Shown here in pieces: positions 25,101-38,100 of a DNA stretch of 64,000 nucleotides. Position 1 is the stretch's first letter. Every line of letters starts with the position of its first letter. The notes under the pieces are model-generated. The model made no database searches. It had not been told where the DNA came from and was given only the letters and a program-made list of their open reading frames with translations. A program made the translations under genes and the position numbers. Source of the stretch: Dimorphilus gyrociliatus (Eukaryota; Animalia; Annelida); NCBI GenBank assembly GCA_904063045.1, contig CAJFCJ010000020.1, positions 1,294,916 through 1,358,915 on the forward strand, in the 5' to 3' direction.

Positions 25101-28100
25101 AACAGGTTTTGGAAAGCTAAGTGCTGATGTTGGAAAATTTAAAATGCATACCGGGTTTCTATGTCCCCTTAATTCATATAAGCTTTGGTTGCGTGTAACA
25201 AAAGGAGTGAGAACGCAAATTTACAAGCAAGTTATCAAAACTTCTGCTGGTAAATCTCCACCAGTGATAATTGAGTAAGTAAAAGCTATAACTAATGTAT
25301 ATATTATCAATAAATCTGTCTTTAAATAGGTGTGATGGTAATAACTGCATGAGAGGCGATAAATTAAATCCACAGGAACTACTTAAATTCAAAGCAACGT
25401 GTAGTTGTACAGGTGCTGTATCTTCTAAAGTTAGATACTCCTGGGATATGAACAAAGAAACGGCTCAAGGCCCTGAAATAATAGATATGTCGAAAGTAAA
25501 ACATGTAGTTACCAATGAAGAAGGTAAGACAGATCTTGATTAAATTCTGTCTCTCTAAATTTTCATTTTTCTTCAGAAAAATTTAGATCATTTATATCTG
25601 TGAATGGTGAAAACTTCCAGAGAAATAAAAGATATTCCATAGCCATAAATGTTTCAAGTGATGCTTTAGCTGATGGTGCGGATGAAATGAGCTTTTTCGT
25701 TAATCACCCACCTTTCGGGGGATCTTTCACAGTTAATAAGTTTATTGGAGAAGATTTAGATGATTTTGAAGTAAACGCACCAAATTGGCAAGATGATGGT
25801 GCTCTTCAAGATGCAAAAAAACTGACCGCAGTGCCAAACAGTCCTCTGCTGTATACTTATTTCATTGTCAAAGGAGGTGTTAATCAAGAGCTTTTAAGTA
25901 ATGAATTGCCAAAGCAAGTAATAACACTTCCAGAGGGAGAAAAGGACAAGGGTTATAATTTAACTTTGGGATTATCTGTGTCTGATTCGTACAGAAGTGC
26001 ATCGGTTAAATACCTGACTGTGAAAGTTTATCCTATTGGTGAAAAGCCTATCTTAACAACTATGGCTCCAACAACTGAAGCTCCTACTACGGTGACAGAG
26101 GCTCCTTTTACAGGAACTGGTTCAACTAAAAAACCTACAACAAGAAAAACTACTAAATCCACGACCACAACTACGACAACTCCGAGACCAAAGAGTGCTG
26201 CTGAATTAGAGGCCTTGCAAAAAATAGAAGAAGCAAAAAAACAAAAGAAAAAACTCGAACAAGCAAAGAAAGTCACAAATATTTCACCTTCTCAGGCTGC
26301 TACCAACCTAAACAGTTTTAGTAGCAAGATCTTGGCAGTCATAAGTAGTGTTGGGCCTACTGTACAGCCTGTAAGTCCAGCATCGCCAGGATCCCCAGGA
26401 ACAGGCTCACCTGGTGGCCCAAGTCAACCGGGGACAACAACTGCCAAACCACCAACAAAGGTACCTCTAAATGAACATGAAAAGAAAGCAGCAGAGGAAC
26501 AGAAAAAAGCTGAGGAAGAAAATGCCAAACAGAAGAGAGAACTCCTGGGAGGTATGGTTAACACATTATCTCAGGTAATATCTGCCGCTGGATCAACTAC
26601 TCCGCCTGCTGGTTCGGATAATACTGGAGGCGATAATAACGGTGGCGATGGCGATGGCGAAAATTGTCAGGATAGTACCAACACTGGTTGTAAGAAGATC
26701 ACGCTTTCGCCCAGTCAAACAAAAGCCTTCGCTAAAATGGCCAAAGCTATCTTCCATAGTCTTGATCCTGAAGCAGATACCTCAACAAAGACTAATGCCT
26801 TATTGACTTGTTCGAGTATTGCTGATAATATAGATTCTATTGATGATCCTGTTGAACAGAAAACTGCTGCAACAGATACTGTTGATGCGATAGCTAGCAC
26901 TATGGGGGTTGTTGAGAAAGAAAAACCAAAAAGTGATGAAGAACTCGCGCCATCTCCCAAAGTAGATGAGCCCAATGATGAAGCAAGTCATGACGCATTA
27001 CTTAAAGCTAAAAAGATAGAAGAAGAGAAAAAATTGAAAGAACAAGAACAAACCAGCAAACAAACAGTATCGACCTGTCTTACTCTCGGCAACAAAATGA
27101 CTAAGAACAAGGCCAAAGGTACTTCTGAGCAAATCTCCAAAGGAAATATCAGCTTGGCGATGGAAAAAAATTCACCAAATGAATTAGGCGGTAAAAAATT
27201 AACAGGTGGAAGAGGTGCAGTCAAACTACCAAGTGCAGATACCCTAAACAGAGTCACAAATATTAATCCCAACTCTACCGATGACAAAGACGCCATCGCT
27301 ATAACTGTAATGAACTCAGCAGACAATTTTTATAGTTACGACGAGAGTGCAAAAGATGTTGAATCTGACGCCGGAGTAACAATTTTAAGTCTTCAAAAAT
27401 CCGATGGCTCGTTCCAAGAAATGAATCTAGATGAAGAAAATGCACTCGAAATCGAGGTTCCCGGTCCAGGTGGTAATCAAACTGTTGAAAAGACATCAAA
27501 TCTAACGTCAGACAGTGAAACTGGTTATCGTTATCTGTATATTCCTATGGAAAGAAATAATTCCGCAATATTAAGCTCAATCAGACCAGACAATTCTGAC
27601 AAAATCACTTACATGGAAGTTCTTGTGAAGCTGAATGCTTCAAACACTATTGAATATACACCAAATAGTTCCTTTCATGACCTTAACTTAACAGTGAATA
27701 GAGATAATGACTGGAAATTATTCATCCCTGCAAAACTTACTTTCCAACCTGGAGTATTTATTGGAGTAAAAGCAATGCAACTTCCCACTGCACCTGATTC
27801 CTCAAATACTAATAACAACGGATCAGCTAAGAGTCGTAGAAAGAGATCGATCTACTTACCACCAGTTCAATTAAATGATTCTGAATCTCAATTTGTGATT
27901 GAATCATCAGAAGCAAGATGTAGAGCTTGGAATGAAGAAACCAAAAAATGGACAACTGAAGGTTGCGAAGTTGATAAATCATCGACCACAACCACTCTTA
28001 AGTGTAAATGTAAGAAAGTTACAACGTTTTTGAAAGCCTTTTCAGGAGGTGTAACATTGCCCAAAGTAAATAAGATAAACTTTAAGAGAATATTTAATAA

Positions 28101-31100
28101 CTTTGCTGCTCTTTTGGCTGCTAATCCAACTGTATTGTCAGTTTTACTTTCAATCTTATTTGTGTATACTCTACTTGGTATTTGGACTAGAAGAAGAGAT
28201 AAGAGAGATTTAGAGAAATGGGGTACTATGCCTCTCAGAGATAATAGGCCACTTCATAATTACTATTATCAAGTTTCTGTTTACACTGGTGTAAGAGCTG
28301 GAGCAGGAACAAAATCAAATGTATGTTTCATTCTATCTGGTGATATTGGTGATACAGGAATCAGAAGTATGAGCGATAAACAGGAAAGACCTCTAGCCAG
28401 AGATTCAGTTCGTCATTATATTATGTCAGCTGATCATTCTCTAGGAGCTTTGACTTTTCTTCGTATATGGCATGACAATAGTGGCGAGGGAGATAATGCA
28501 TCCTGGTTCCTTGATAAAGTAGTTGTTGAAGATATTCAGACAAAAACTCGCTACTTCTTCCTTTGTGGTAAATGGTTGGCCACCGAGGAAGATGATGGAC
28601 AGGTTCAGCGAATCCTTCCAGTTGCTGACCAAGAAGAAATTAAGGGATTCAAGCATCTGTTCTTTACAACAGCAAGAAAAAATATATCCGATGAGCATCT
28701 TTGGCTTTCTGTTGTATCCAGACCAACAAAATCAAACTTCACTCGTTTACAACGATTAACTTGTTGTCTAACTCTATTGCTTACAACTATGATTGCAAAC
28801 GCAATGTGGTACAGAACTGACGAACAAGTTAAGAGTGATCAAGCCATTATCTTAGGTCCAATTATTCTCTCTGTATCAACACTTTATGTATCAGTTATAG
28901 GCAATTTGACAGTTGTGCCTATAAATATTATCATCGTTCAAATATTCCGCAAATCCAAATCGAAAGATCAAGTAGAATTTAACGTAAAACAACAGCAAGA
29001 AGAAAAGAAAAAGAAAGCTTTAAAACAAGCTGATAAAAGAGTTCGAGCAATCCTCTTCAATCGATCTAAGAGTAACAAGGAGTCAAAGATGGTCGAAGAT
29101 CTACAAGATGTCAAAGTAGAAGATTCTGAGGAAGAAGATAAAAAGGATGAAGTGAAAGAGACAAAGAAGATTCCTTTCTGGAGACAGAGATATCCCCTGC
29201 CATATCAATGTGTTTATATTGGTTGGGTACTCTCTTTCCTTTCTTGCTCTCTCTCTGCTTTCTTTGTTCTCTTCTATTCATTAGAATGGGGTAAATCTAA
29301 GTCAGAAAAATGGCTGTCATCCCTATTCTTGTCCTTTTTCCAAAGCGTTATGCTTATTCAACCAGTGAAGGTAATTGTCATCGCTATGTTCATGTCTTGC
29401 ATATTCAAGAAGGTTGATGATGAGGACGAAATGGAAACTAAGGCTCACAAAGCCAAAGCTGATGATGATGAAGAATTGCTGGAAGATGACCCAATCCTTG
29501 CAACTCAACAAGCCATGTCAGTGTCAGCTCCGGAACCTCCTAGTAAGAAAAAACTAGCTAAAATGAGATTTGAGAGATTGAAGGAAAAGAAAACAATGTC
29601 TATGTTGCAGGAAGCATGTAGTTATTTTGTTTTTTTGCTTCTCGTTTCATTTATAGCTTGGGGAACTAAATCATATGGTGTTTACCTTACTCATAGCTCA
29701 ATTCATAAGCTTTTTGATATAAAGAGTCCGAAAGTTGAAGAATTCGGATTTTCCAAAGTACAAGATGGTTTTAAATTTTGGCAATGGGCTAACGAAACTC
29801 TTTTACCTGGAATGTTCTATGAAAGAAATTACAATCTGAAGATCGCTTCTAGACGAAACATGATGTACATGGACGATCAGGCATCCTTCCGAGTCGGGGT
29901 AGCCAGATTAAGACAAGTCCGAGTAAAACCAGCGTCGTGTGATATTCAAAGTAAAATAGTAAAAGATCTTGTTTTTGAATGTAACGAACCATACAACGTT
30001 TGGACTGAAGAAAATAGGCACTTTCAATCAAATTGGCGTCTAATTCGTCATTCGAATCAAACGATAGCTTACGCTGACAAATATGAGCAGAGATTACAGG
30101 ATTCATTTAAATACAATAGCATCTACGATCTCAAAGGTTTACCATTCTGGGGAACTCAAGCAACATACGGCGGTGGAGGATATGTTGCCGATCTTGGAAC
30201 ATCAAGATATCAAGCTCTAAAAACTTTGATCAATTTGAAAGAAAATATGTGGGTTGATCAGTATACAAGAGCAGTTTTTGCTGAATGGACAATTTACAAC
30301 CCTCAAGTTAATCTCTTTGCCTATGTGAACTATCTGAGCGAATTTCCAGCATCAGGTGGTGTTATTGTTAACCCAAGAGTTACAGCTTTCCAAATTTATG
30401 CCGGCGTAGGTGGAATGGGAACAGTTGTCCTGGTTTGTCAGATAATTTACGTTATTGTTATAATCTACTTTATAGTACGAGAGGCACTGGAAATGAAAAA
30501 GTTAGGCAAACCATACTGGAAAGATCCATGGAATTACATCGAACTTCTTTTGATTCTATTGTCAATTGGAGCTACAGCTATGTACATAACAAGACAGATA
30601 TGGGGTAAAATGATTATGAATGATCTGAAAGATAATAAGGATAGTTATATAAATTATATGCAATTGGCAACCTACGATGAAATATTACAATACGTAACAG
30701 CCTTTATCGCGTTTGTAGCTAACATCAAATTCCTTAGACTTTTGAGATTCAACAAAAATATTGCATTCTTGGGTGCCACACTTAAACACGCAGCTAAGGA
30801 ATTAATAGGCTTTGGATTTTCATTCTTTGTCTTATTTGTGGCCTTTGCTACATTCGCTTATAAGTTATTTGGAGTCAAATTGCACCAATTCCACACTTTT
30901 ATTTCAACGTTGGAAGCACTCTATTCTATGTTGTTGGGAAAATTCGACTTCAAGGGACTGGAACAGGCCGATCACGTTCTTGGTCCAACTTTCTTTGTTT
31001 TATTCGTGGTTCTCATGTATCTCGTCTTAGTCAACATGTTCTTGGGTATTCTGGGAGCTGCTTTCTACGAGGTATATTCAATGTTACCATAACATATAAG

Positions 31101-31582
31101 AAACTAATTCTTCTTTAAATGTATACAGGTTCGTTTGAATCCGGATAGTGTCAAAGATGAATACAAAGTTTTCTCTACACTATTCTCTAAGATTAAAAAG
31201 TTCATGGGAATGAATAAACCCCAACAAGGTAAAGTTTTATATTGAAAACAGCCAACATAATAATCTTTAATATAATATATATATACTTTCAGAAATTGGT
31301 AGCGGCTACGTTGATCACCTGCAAACTTTAGACATGAGAGTTCAATCTTTAGATTTCTGGATAACAGACAAGTATAAGACAGCTCGTAAACAAGAAATTA
31401 GTTTTATGAAGAAGCAAGATCAATTGAGATCAGAATCTGCTATGTCTGGAATGTTAGAATCAACATCCAGATCTGGAACCCCTCGACCTGTTAGTGGAAG
31501 AAGTGTAAAGGTGGAACCGAGCAATGAAGAAAATTACAATTTAGGTTATGTTTCTAAGAAGACACAGGCTGAACACTACTGA
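19105..31582 (+). CDS. Polycystin-1-like (PKD1L/REJ-type) protein: about 18 PKD-like repeats, REJ, GAIN/GPS, TM1, PLAT/LH2, TOP domain and polycystin channel region; true 5' end not located
   Basis: Repeats carry WxFGDG-type motifs. Also seen: GPS-like CRAWNEETKKWTTEGC, PLAT YYYQVSVYTGVRAGAGTKSNV...IWHDNSG...WFLDKVVV, SNFTRLQRLTCCL, RLRQVRVKP, YGGGGYVADLG, LRLLRFN. In-frame introns at 19214-19268, 21597-21662 and 25275-25329, plus about 25524-25577, 31072-31128 and 31229-31291. The 3' end at 31582 assumes no further intron. Confidence 0.93.
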
Positions 31583-31801
31583 ACTTGAATTATTGAAATC
31601 ATTATTGGTGTGAAGGATTATGATGACGAGTAAAGTATGGTCAACTGCAAATGAACCAAACTTTACAAATACTTAATAGAATACAAAATTATTATTTATT
31701 TAGAGCATGCATATTCACTTTTTAACGAGAGGTTTCATCGAATATTTATTGTACAGTATACAAAATGTTGATGTCTGCTATCTGTATCATTATGTTGAAT
31801 G

Positions 31802-31865
31802 ATATATACTGTATATATATATATACATATATACATACATATTTTTTATATATATATATATATAT
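31802..31865. repeat. Imperfect (TA)n/(TACA) microsatellite between the convergent polycystin and laminin 3' ends
   Basis: Direct reading. Confidence 0.9.
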
Positions 31866-32108
31866 TTATAGCTTTTTAATATGTGCAAGTGTATTCAGTG
31901 AATATTTCCTTAAAGGTAAAAGAAACCGGAAACAATTCATCCATCTTGATTTAAAAAGTTTAAAAACCAGATCCGGTAGCATATAAGCTATAGCTATTGG
32001 TATATATATAGAAAGAGAGAGAAAGAGAGAGATATTTACATTTTAAAAAAAGCTTTATAAAAAGTTTTCGAGCACCGTAATGACTTAAGAAAAAGAAAAA
32101 ATGCATTG

Positions 32109-35100
32109 TTAAAAACTTGGGCATCCGCTTTCAAGACCCTTTTTATCGCTTGAATGACTCATAGCAAAACTTCTATCATTAACATAAACATTGCTAATAC
32201 ATCCCGTAAAGCTTTCTCCGTGGGTTTTTATCGGAAATATCCAATTCGGATCTGTAATTCATCATTTTTTGCTTACTTTATAATAATTAAAGCGACTGTT
32301 TTACATACTCTTTAATCCGGCTAAATAGAGGACAGATTTGTTTAAAATAGGAATAGTAAAACCAGCTGGATATTTGGTGGCAACAGGAGGTTTTGCATCA
32401 AATTGTGTTACTATGCCTTCACTAGTGACATCCACCATAAGTCTGTGCTCTTGATTATTGCATACTGAATACTTTCCATTAGTTATTGAATCTTGAATGA
32501 TATATTCAAATGGCTTATCAACATTTTGAGAATTACCCAATGAGACTCGTACCTTAACAGGAAAAATTTAAACATTGGCATGTAATTTTAATAATTAGAA
32601 TAAAACTTATTCTTACCGCTCCATTGTTTATATCAATTAAGAAGTATTGTTGAGAAGTACCATAAGAAACGACCAGCGTTCCATTTAAAGCTGTGCTAAG
32701 AAAGGTCACTGTGAAATTGAAGTTTCGTCCTCTAATACCAATATCAAAGGTATTGGTTGTAGAGTCACCAATCATAGCATAAGCATTTGTAGCATTGTAA
32801 AACGTTCCAGCCATAACTTGTTCATAGCATTTATTCGTTCCTTTCTTGTCGGTTGGTGACCTATTCAAAAATAAAGGGATTGTGGTATATTAATAATATG
32901 TAATATGTATACATATACTGGATACATACACGAGATTAAATGGTATAGTATTTTCGTTAGTTGACACAGTTAACTTTCGGATACAACCTTTAAAAGGTAT
33001 AGTGCCGATCTAAAAAGAGAATGAATGAATATTATAGCATCTTTCTTCATATACGTAATAATTATCTTACTATAATATCTTTATTTGAATTGAACGGTGA
33101 ACCAACAACACTTTGAGGGACTCCACCCAAATATAAAGGAGTCTTTATATCAATAAAAGCATTTCCGACAGCATTTATTCTATTATTTGTATAATCCTTA
33201 CTGTCAGGTATGATCAAAGCCATGAAATCGGCTATCCTTAGTACCGTTAGCTTTTTAGTGATAATAAAGGAATTAATTGAAACAATCAAAAGATATGACG
33301 AAAATTTATGGCTTACTTCTTCCCACTTGCCATTGTTATACTTATTCTTAGACTTGAGTAACTTAGTTGGGGAATGACCATTTGATCCAACACTATTGCT
33401 TGTAGGTGTATCAGAATCAATGCTAACGTATATATATCCACTATGCATGTAGATTGCAACGTACATTCTTGGGTTTGGTACTTGATCAGCGGCATAAAGT
33501 ATTAATCCATCAGGCTCTAAAGCCCGAAATTCCACAGCTATAGTAAAGCTAATATAAAAGAAACAAGGAAAACAATCGTTAAATAGAGATTGTTTTATTA
33601 ACAAATTAAAACAAATCTCACCTGCTTCGAAGAGCATTTGCATAGTTTCCTTTTAAATCAAATGATAGATACGAAACTGATTCTTGGCCAAAATTCACTC
33701 CATCAATTACTTTTCCAGGTGTTTGTTTGGGTATCGCACAAGTTGGCTTTGGTGTTGTTGGTGGTGCTGGTGTTGTAACATATGGCAAAGGTGGCAAAGT
33801 TTCCAGACTCCCTGGGACTCCACTTAGGAAGACATTATTTTGTAATGATTTTTTAAGAACAGCAGAGCTCAGAAAGTCGATCGACCTATTTTGGTAATTA
33901 TATAAATATGGTATATTAATTGAGAATCTAGCCAGTATAAATGAATCAAACTTACTGTTTATTTATTTTCAAATTACTTATTCCACCAATATAGTTATTT
34001 GTTACTGGTAAATCATTAGGTAATTCAATACCGAAAGGTCCACCAGCGTGTAATCGAATATTTGGAGAATCGAGTGTCATTGTAGGCGTCATAGTTATTG
34101 CTCCGTGATGAGTTTCTCCGTCAATGGTCATTTTTGGACTGTTTTTATATTATTATATATTTTGTTATTCATAACATAATACAGTAGATAAATTAAATTT
34201 AGTAATTTTAACCTATTTTCAAATTCAAAGTTGATTACAACTCTATGAAAAATTCCTTCACTAAGATATTTTCCTCGACTTCTCAATGGAGCTTGTCTTC
34301 CTCGAGATTGTTCAAATTGTAAAAATAGATCACCATTATAGATTGCAATGTAGAAAAATGACTGAAAAAGTTTAATAATTATATTTATAAGTTTAAACAA
34401 ATATATTAAGGACTTTACCCGACTAGTTCCAGGGCCGTAGAGGAGAATTCCAGAGGGTTGAAATGTTATGAATTCAAATTCGATTTCTTTAACAAATCTT
34501 TGTGTACTAGAAAGGATGATTGAAGCAGCCGCTTTTGGTCCGTTAAACCATAATCCCTTCGTCAAAAGGTCAAAAATTGAGTGAAATACATTCGAACTTT
34601 CTATCACTCTCTCCTTCAAAACTCTAGGAACTAGTTTAAGATTATTGCCAACATTGTGTTGAAATTGCCTAATAGCTCCGGCGAAACTATCTGTAACCGG
34701 TCCTTTTCTGTAAATTGTAATTAAATATGTATAATAAATCAATTAGTATATCAGCGTTGAATGGAAACTAACGTCTGAGTTGTATTTGAATTTTGTCCTC
34801 CAATTGTAATATCGTTCTTCGATAGGTCTTTTAAATCTCCCAATGGTAAATTGGAAGATGATTTTACATCCATACTAGGATCTAAAGTCTTGTTAACTTT
34901 GGCAATGGTTAATACTGCATATGTTGTATTGTGCATTATTTCAAGCTGGAATGAAACATAATTATACATTATAATAGGAATAATAGTATAAAAATTAATT
35001 ACAAACCTCATACCACATGCCATCATTATATTTTTTAGAGCTTTTTAGAGATGTAACACTCTTACTATCCGCACTGTTACCAAATTCATAAATAATATTT

Positions 35101-38100
35101 CCATCGTTTATGAATAACCCGTAATATTGAGTACTGTTTGAGTCATCAACTAATAAAATTGTTCCTTGAGAATCCCAAGTGATAAACTCAAAACTGATTC
35201 GAGATAATTGTGAAACGTCAAGGGAGGACGATTCTGTTCGAAGCATTCCAAAACCACCAAAACTTGTTCCTGTTTCAGTAGGAGCGGAAGGAGGTATTGG
35301 CGGCTGACCGCAGCATTTTAATGTTTGATTTTCATTAGACAATATACTATTCCATAATGATATTGGTTTATTATTATATGATAATTCATGAATGCATCCC
35401 TTATATCCTCTTGTACTGTTATCTATCTTAGTCGTCTAAAAGAGAAAGGCTTTCAATATATACACTGCAGATATTATTTTATCAAAATAAACTTACAATC
35501 ATAGAAGTTGGTAAACCAGCAACGTATATGTTACCGTCAAGAGTCATAGTCTCTTTACTACCAGAAAGTTCTTCATGATGTACGGCAACTCCACCAGTAT
35601 CCAATTTTGTAATACTTAATTGGCAGTACTTTGTATATCTATAAGAAAAATAATAGCAACAAATAAAGTTAATAATTTATTTAGTACTTTCAATTTAAGT
35701 ATTAACCTGGTTGCAATTACTCTAAACCAACAGCCTGTACATAAAGTTGTTGGAGAGATTACCTTAACTTCACTAACGTCGTTATGAACCGCGAACATTA
35801 ACTGTTGATTAACAATCTAAGAGAAGCAAAGATAAGATCAGATATTCGAATTAAGATAAAGAATTAATTAATTAATCAATAATTTTACCTGTAGAAGTAA
35901 TTTCTCTTTATTCTTTTTATTTTCAACAAAAAATATGACTCCTTTTGGGAAATTTTCAAATCGAAATTTTAGATATATTTCATTAAATCTTAGATTATTT
36001 TTAGCAGCATCAGGATTAACAGCTTCAACATAGTCATCTGTTTCAAAATTAACCGGCTGCTCTAATTTTCCTAGTAGTAGTCTAGCTTCATTAACTTTAA
36101 CCTCCAAAGCGCTTAATCGACTTTCAACATCATATTTTGTTGTATTTGTTAACGTTTTTACAGCTTCAATTTCCTTTATGGTCTTTTGTTTTGTGTCCAA
36201 ATCACTTTTATAGTTTTTTACTAAATGATGAAAGGTTTTAATAGTAATTTGATTAAAGGGATATGAGTATATTTACATTGATTTTTTATACTTTCTTCTT
36301 TTGTAGTTGAATTTTTTATCGCTTCCTCTAAAGTTGTTACTTTTTCTCTTTCAACTTGAACATTTTTCTAAAAAAAATATTTATTAAAAATAGACTATTT
36401 AAAGTACTAAAAGATAATCTCTTTAACTTACGGCTATTATTAAATCTTCGGCAAGAATCACTTGCGACGATCTGATAATATTGTTAGCTGTTACAGAGAA
36501 CTTGGAACTATCTTCACCAACTTTAGTATCTGTTTTGTAATTGTTCACTTAAAAAAACTTGAAAAAGGATAACATTCTATATTGTATTACTAACCACTAG
36601 TTGTTTTAACTAAAGTATCAATTTTGTTATTATAATCTTTAATACTTGGTTGTAAATTATTCCATTCTTGTTCTGTTGATTTAAGAGCTGCTCTTGATCT
36701 TGTTATATCGTTATTCAACTCTGTAAATTTATTTAATATGTAATATTTATATATTCTTGAATAAATTTACATAATTGTTCGTATTTACGTGTATTTAAAT
36801 TTGAGTTGGCTTCAACACTTTTCTTTAAATTTTCACTTGCAGTTTTCTCAGTTGTTGCTTGCTTTTGAAGATCTTCTGCTGATACTTTACTCAATTCATC
36901 TAAAGTATCTTTTAAAGTTGTATTTGCTTCGAGAGCCATATTCGTGGACTCGTTCAACTTTTTTATTACCTCTTCATAATCATTTATTGCTTTAACCGCT
37001 CTTTCGCCTCTTGTCTCAACACTTTTAAAGGTTCTATTCAAAGAAAAAACAATAATGTGTATTTTTTCTATATTCAAGTAAATATTTAATCTTTTAAGAT
37101 TTTAAAACTACTACAAACTCGCTTATTCTCGTAGCATTTGACTTTAAAGCATCAGCAACAACTCGAACAGAACTGAATAATTTATCAAAATCATCAATTT
37201 TACTAATAGAATCGTTTATTTTGACTTCTAATTTTAGTGCTCCCTTTTCATAATTTTCAATACCTATATTAATAGTTAATTTAATAGAAAAAGAACATAA
37301 AAAAGCGGAAATAGATATTTATATAGGTTACCAGATAAATCCATATTAGAAGTTAATGGTAATTTTGTAGCTGAACCGGAAATGGCAATATTGACATCAT
37401 CTAAAGCTTGTTTCCCATCTGTATATTCTTTTTGACCGTCGTCCAATATTTTATCGCAGAGATCAAATATTTTAATACCTTCTTCAAACAAATCGATTGC
37501 CGCTTGTCGATTTTGCTGTGTTGCAAATAGATTTAAATGAAAAAAATTATAATATTTATAAGAAGAGAGAAAAATTTAATTACTAGAGTTGCGTTAATGG
37601 TTGTAAAGACGTCATTAACCGTATTATTCAATGTCATTCCTTGACCTCTAATAACTTCTGTTTCACTTTTTAACTTTTTGAAATTACTCTCCTTGTCTAT
37701 TAAATCTTTATTCAACTCTGCTGTTTTGTTTTTCTATAGAGAATATTAAAAAAATTATAATATATTCATAAATATTTTAATATTTATTACCAATACATCA
37801 ACTTTGTTACTATAGCTGTTAGCAATCGCCACAGTTGCATCAATTTTAGCCTGAGTTTTAGATATTTCTTCTCTTTCCTTTGTAAATGTATTATTTACCC
37901 TATTGGAAACTTGATTTCCCAGAAGTAGATACTAGTAAAAGAAACGAGAATATTCATATTTTTATTGATTGTATGAAGAAATGTTTTGTACTTACTCCGT
38001 GAGCTGTTTTATTCCAATTATCTACTTGTGTGACCAAAGACTTGGCAATGTTATTTGCTGTTCTTGCTTTCGTCCAAGCAAAATTTGATTGATTTTTGAA

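Noticed and set aside
26028-27499. Minus-strand ORFs inside the polycystin
   Set aside because: Antisense shadows of low-complexity coding sequence with no recognisable motifs.
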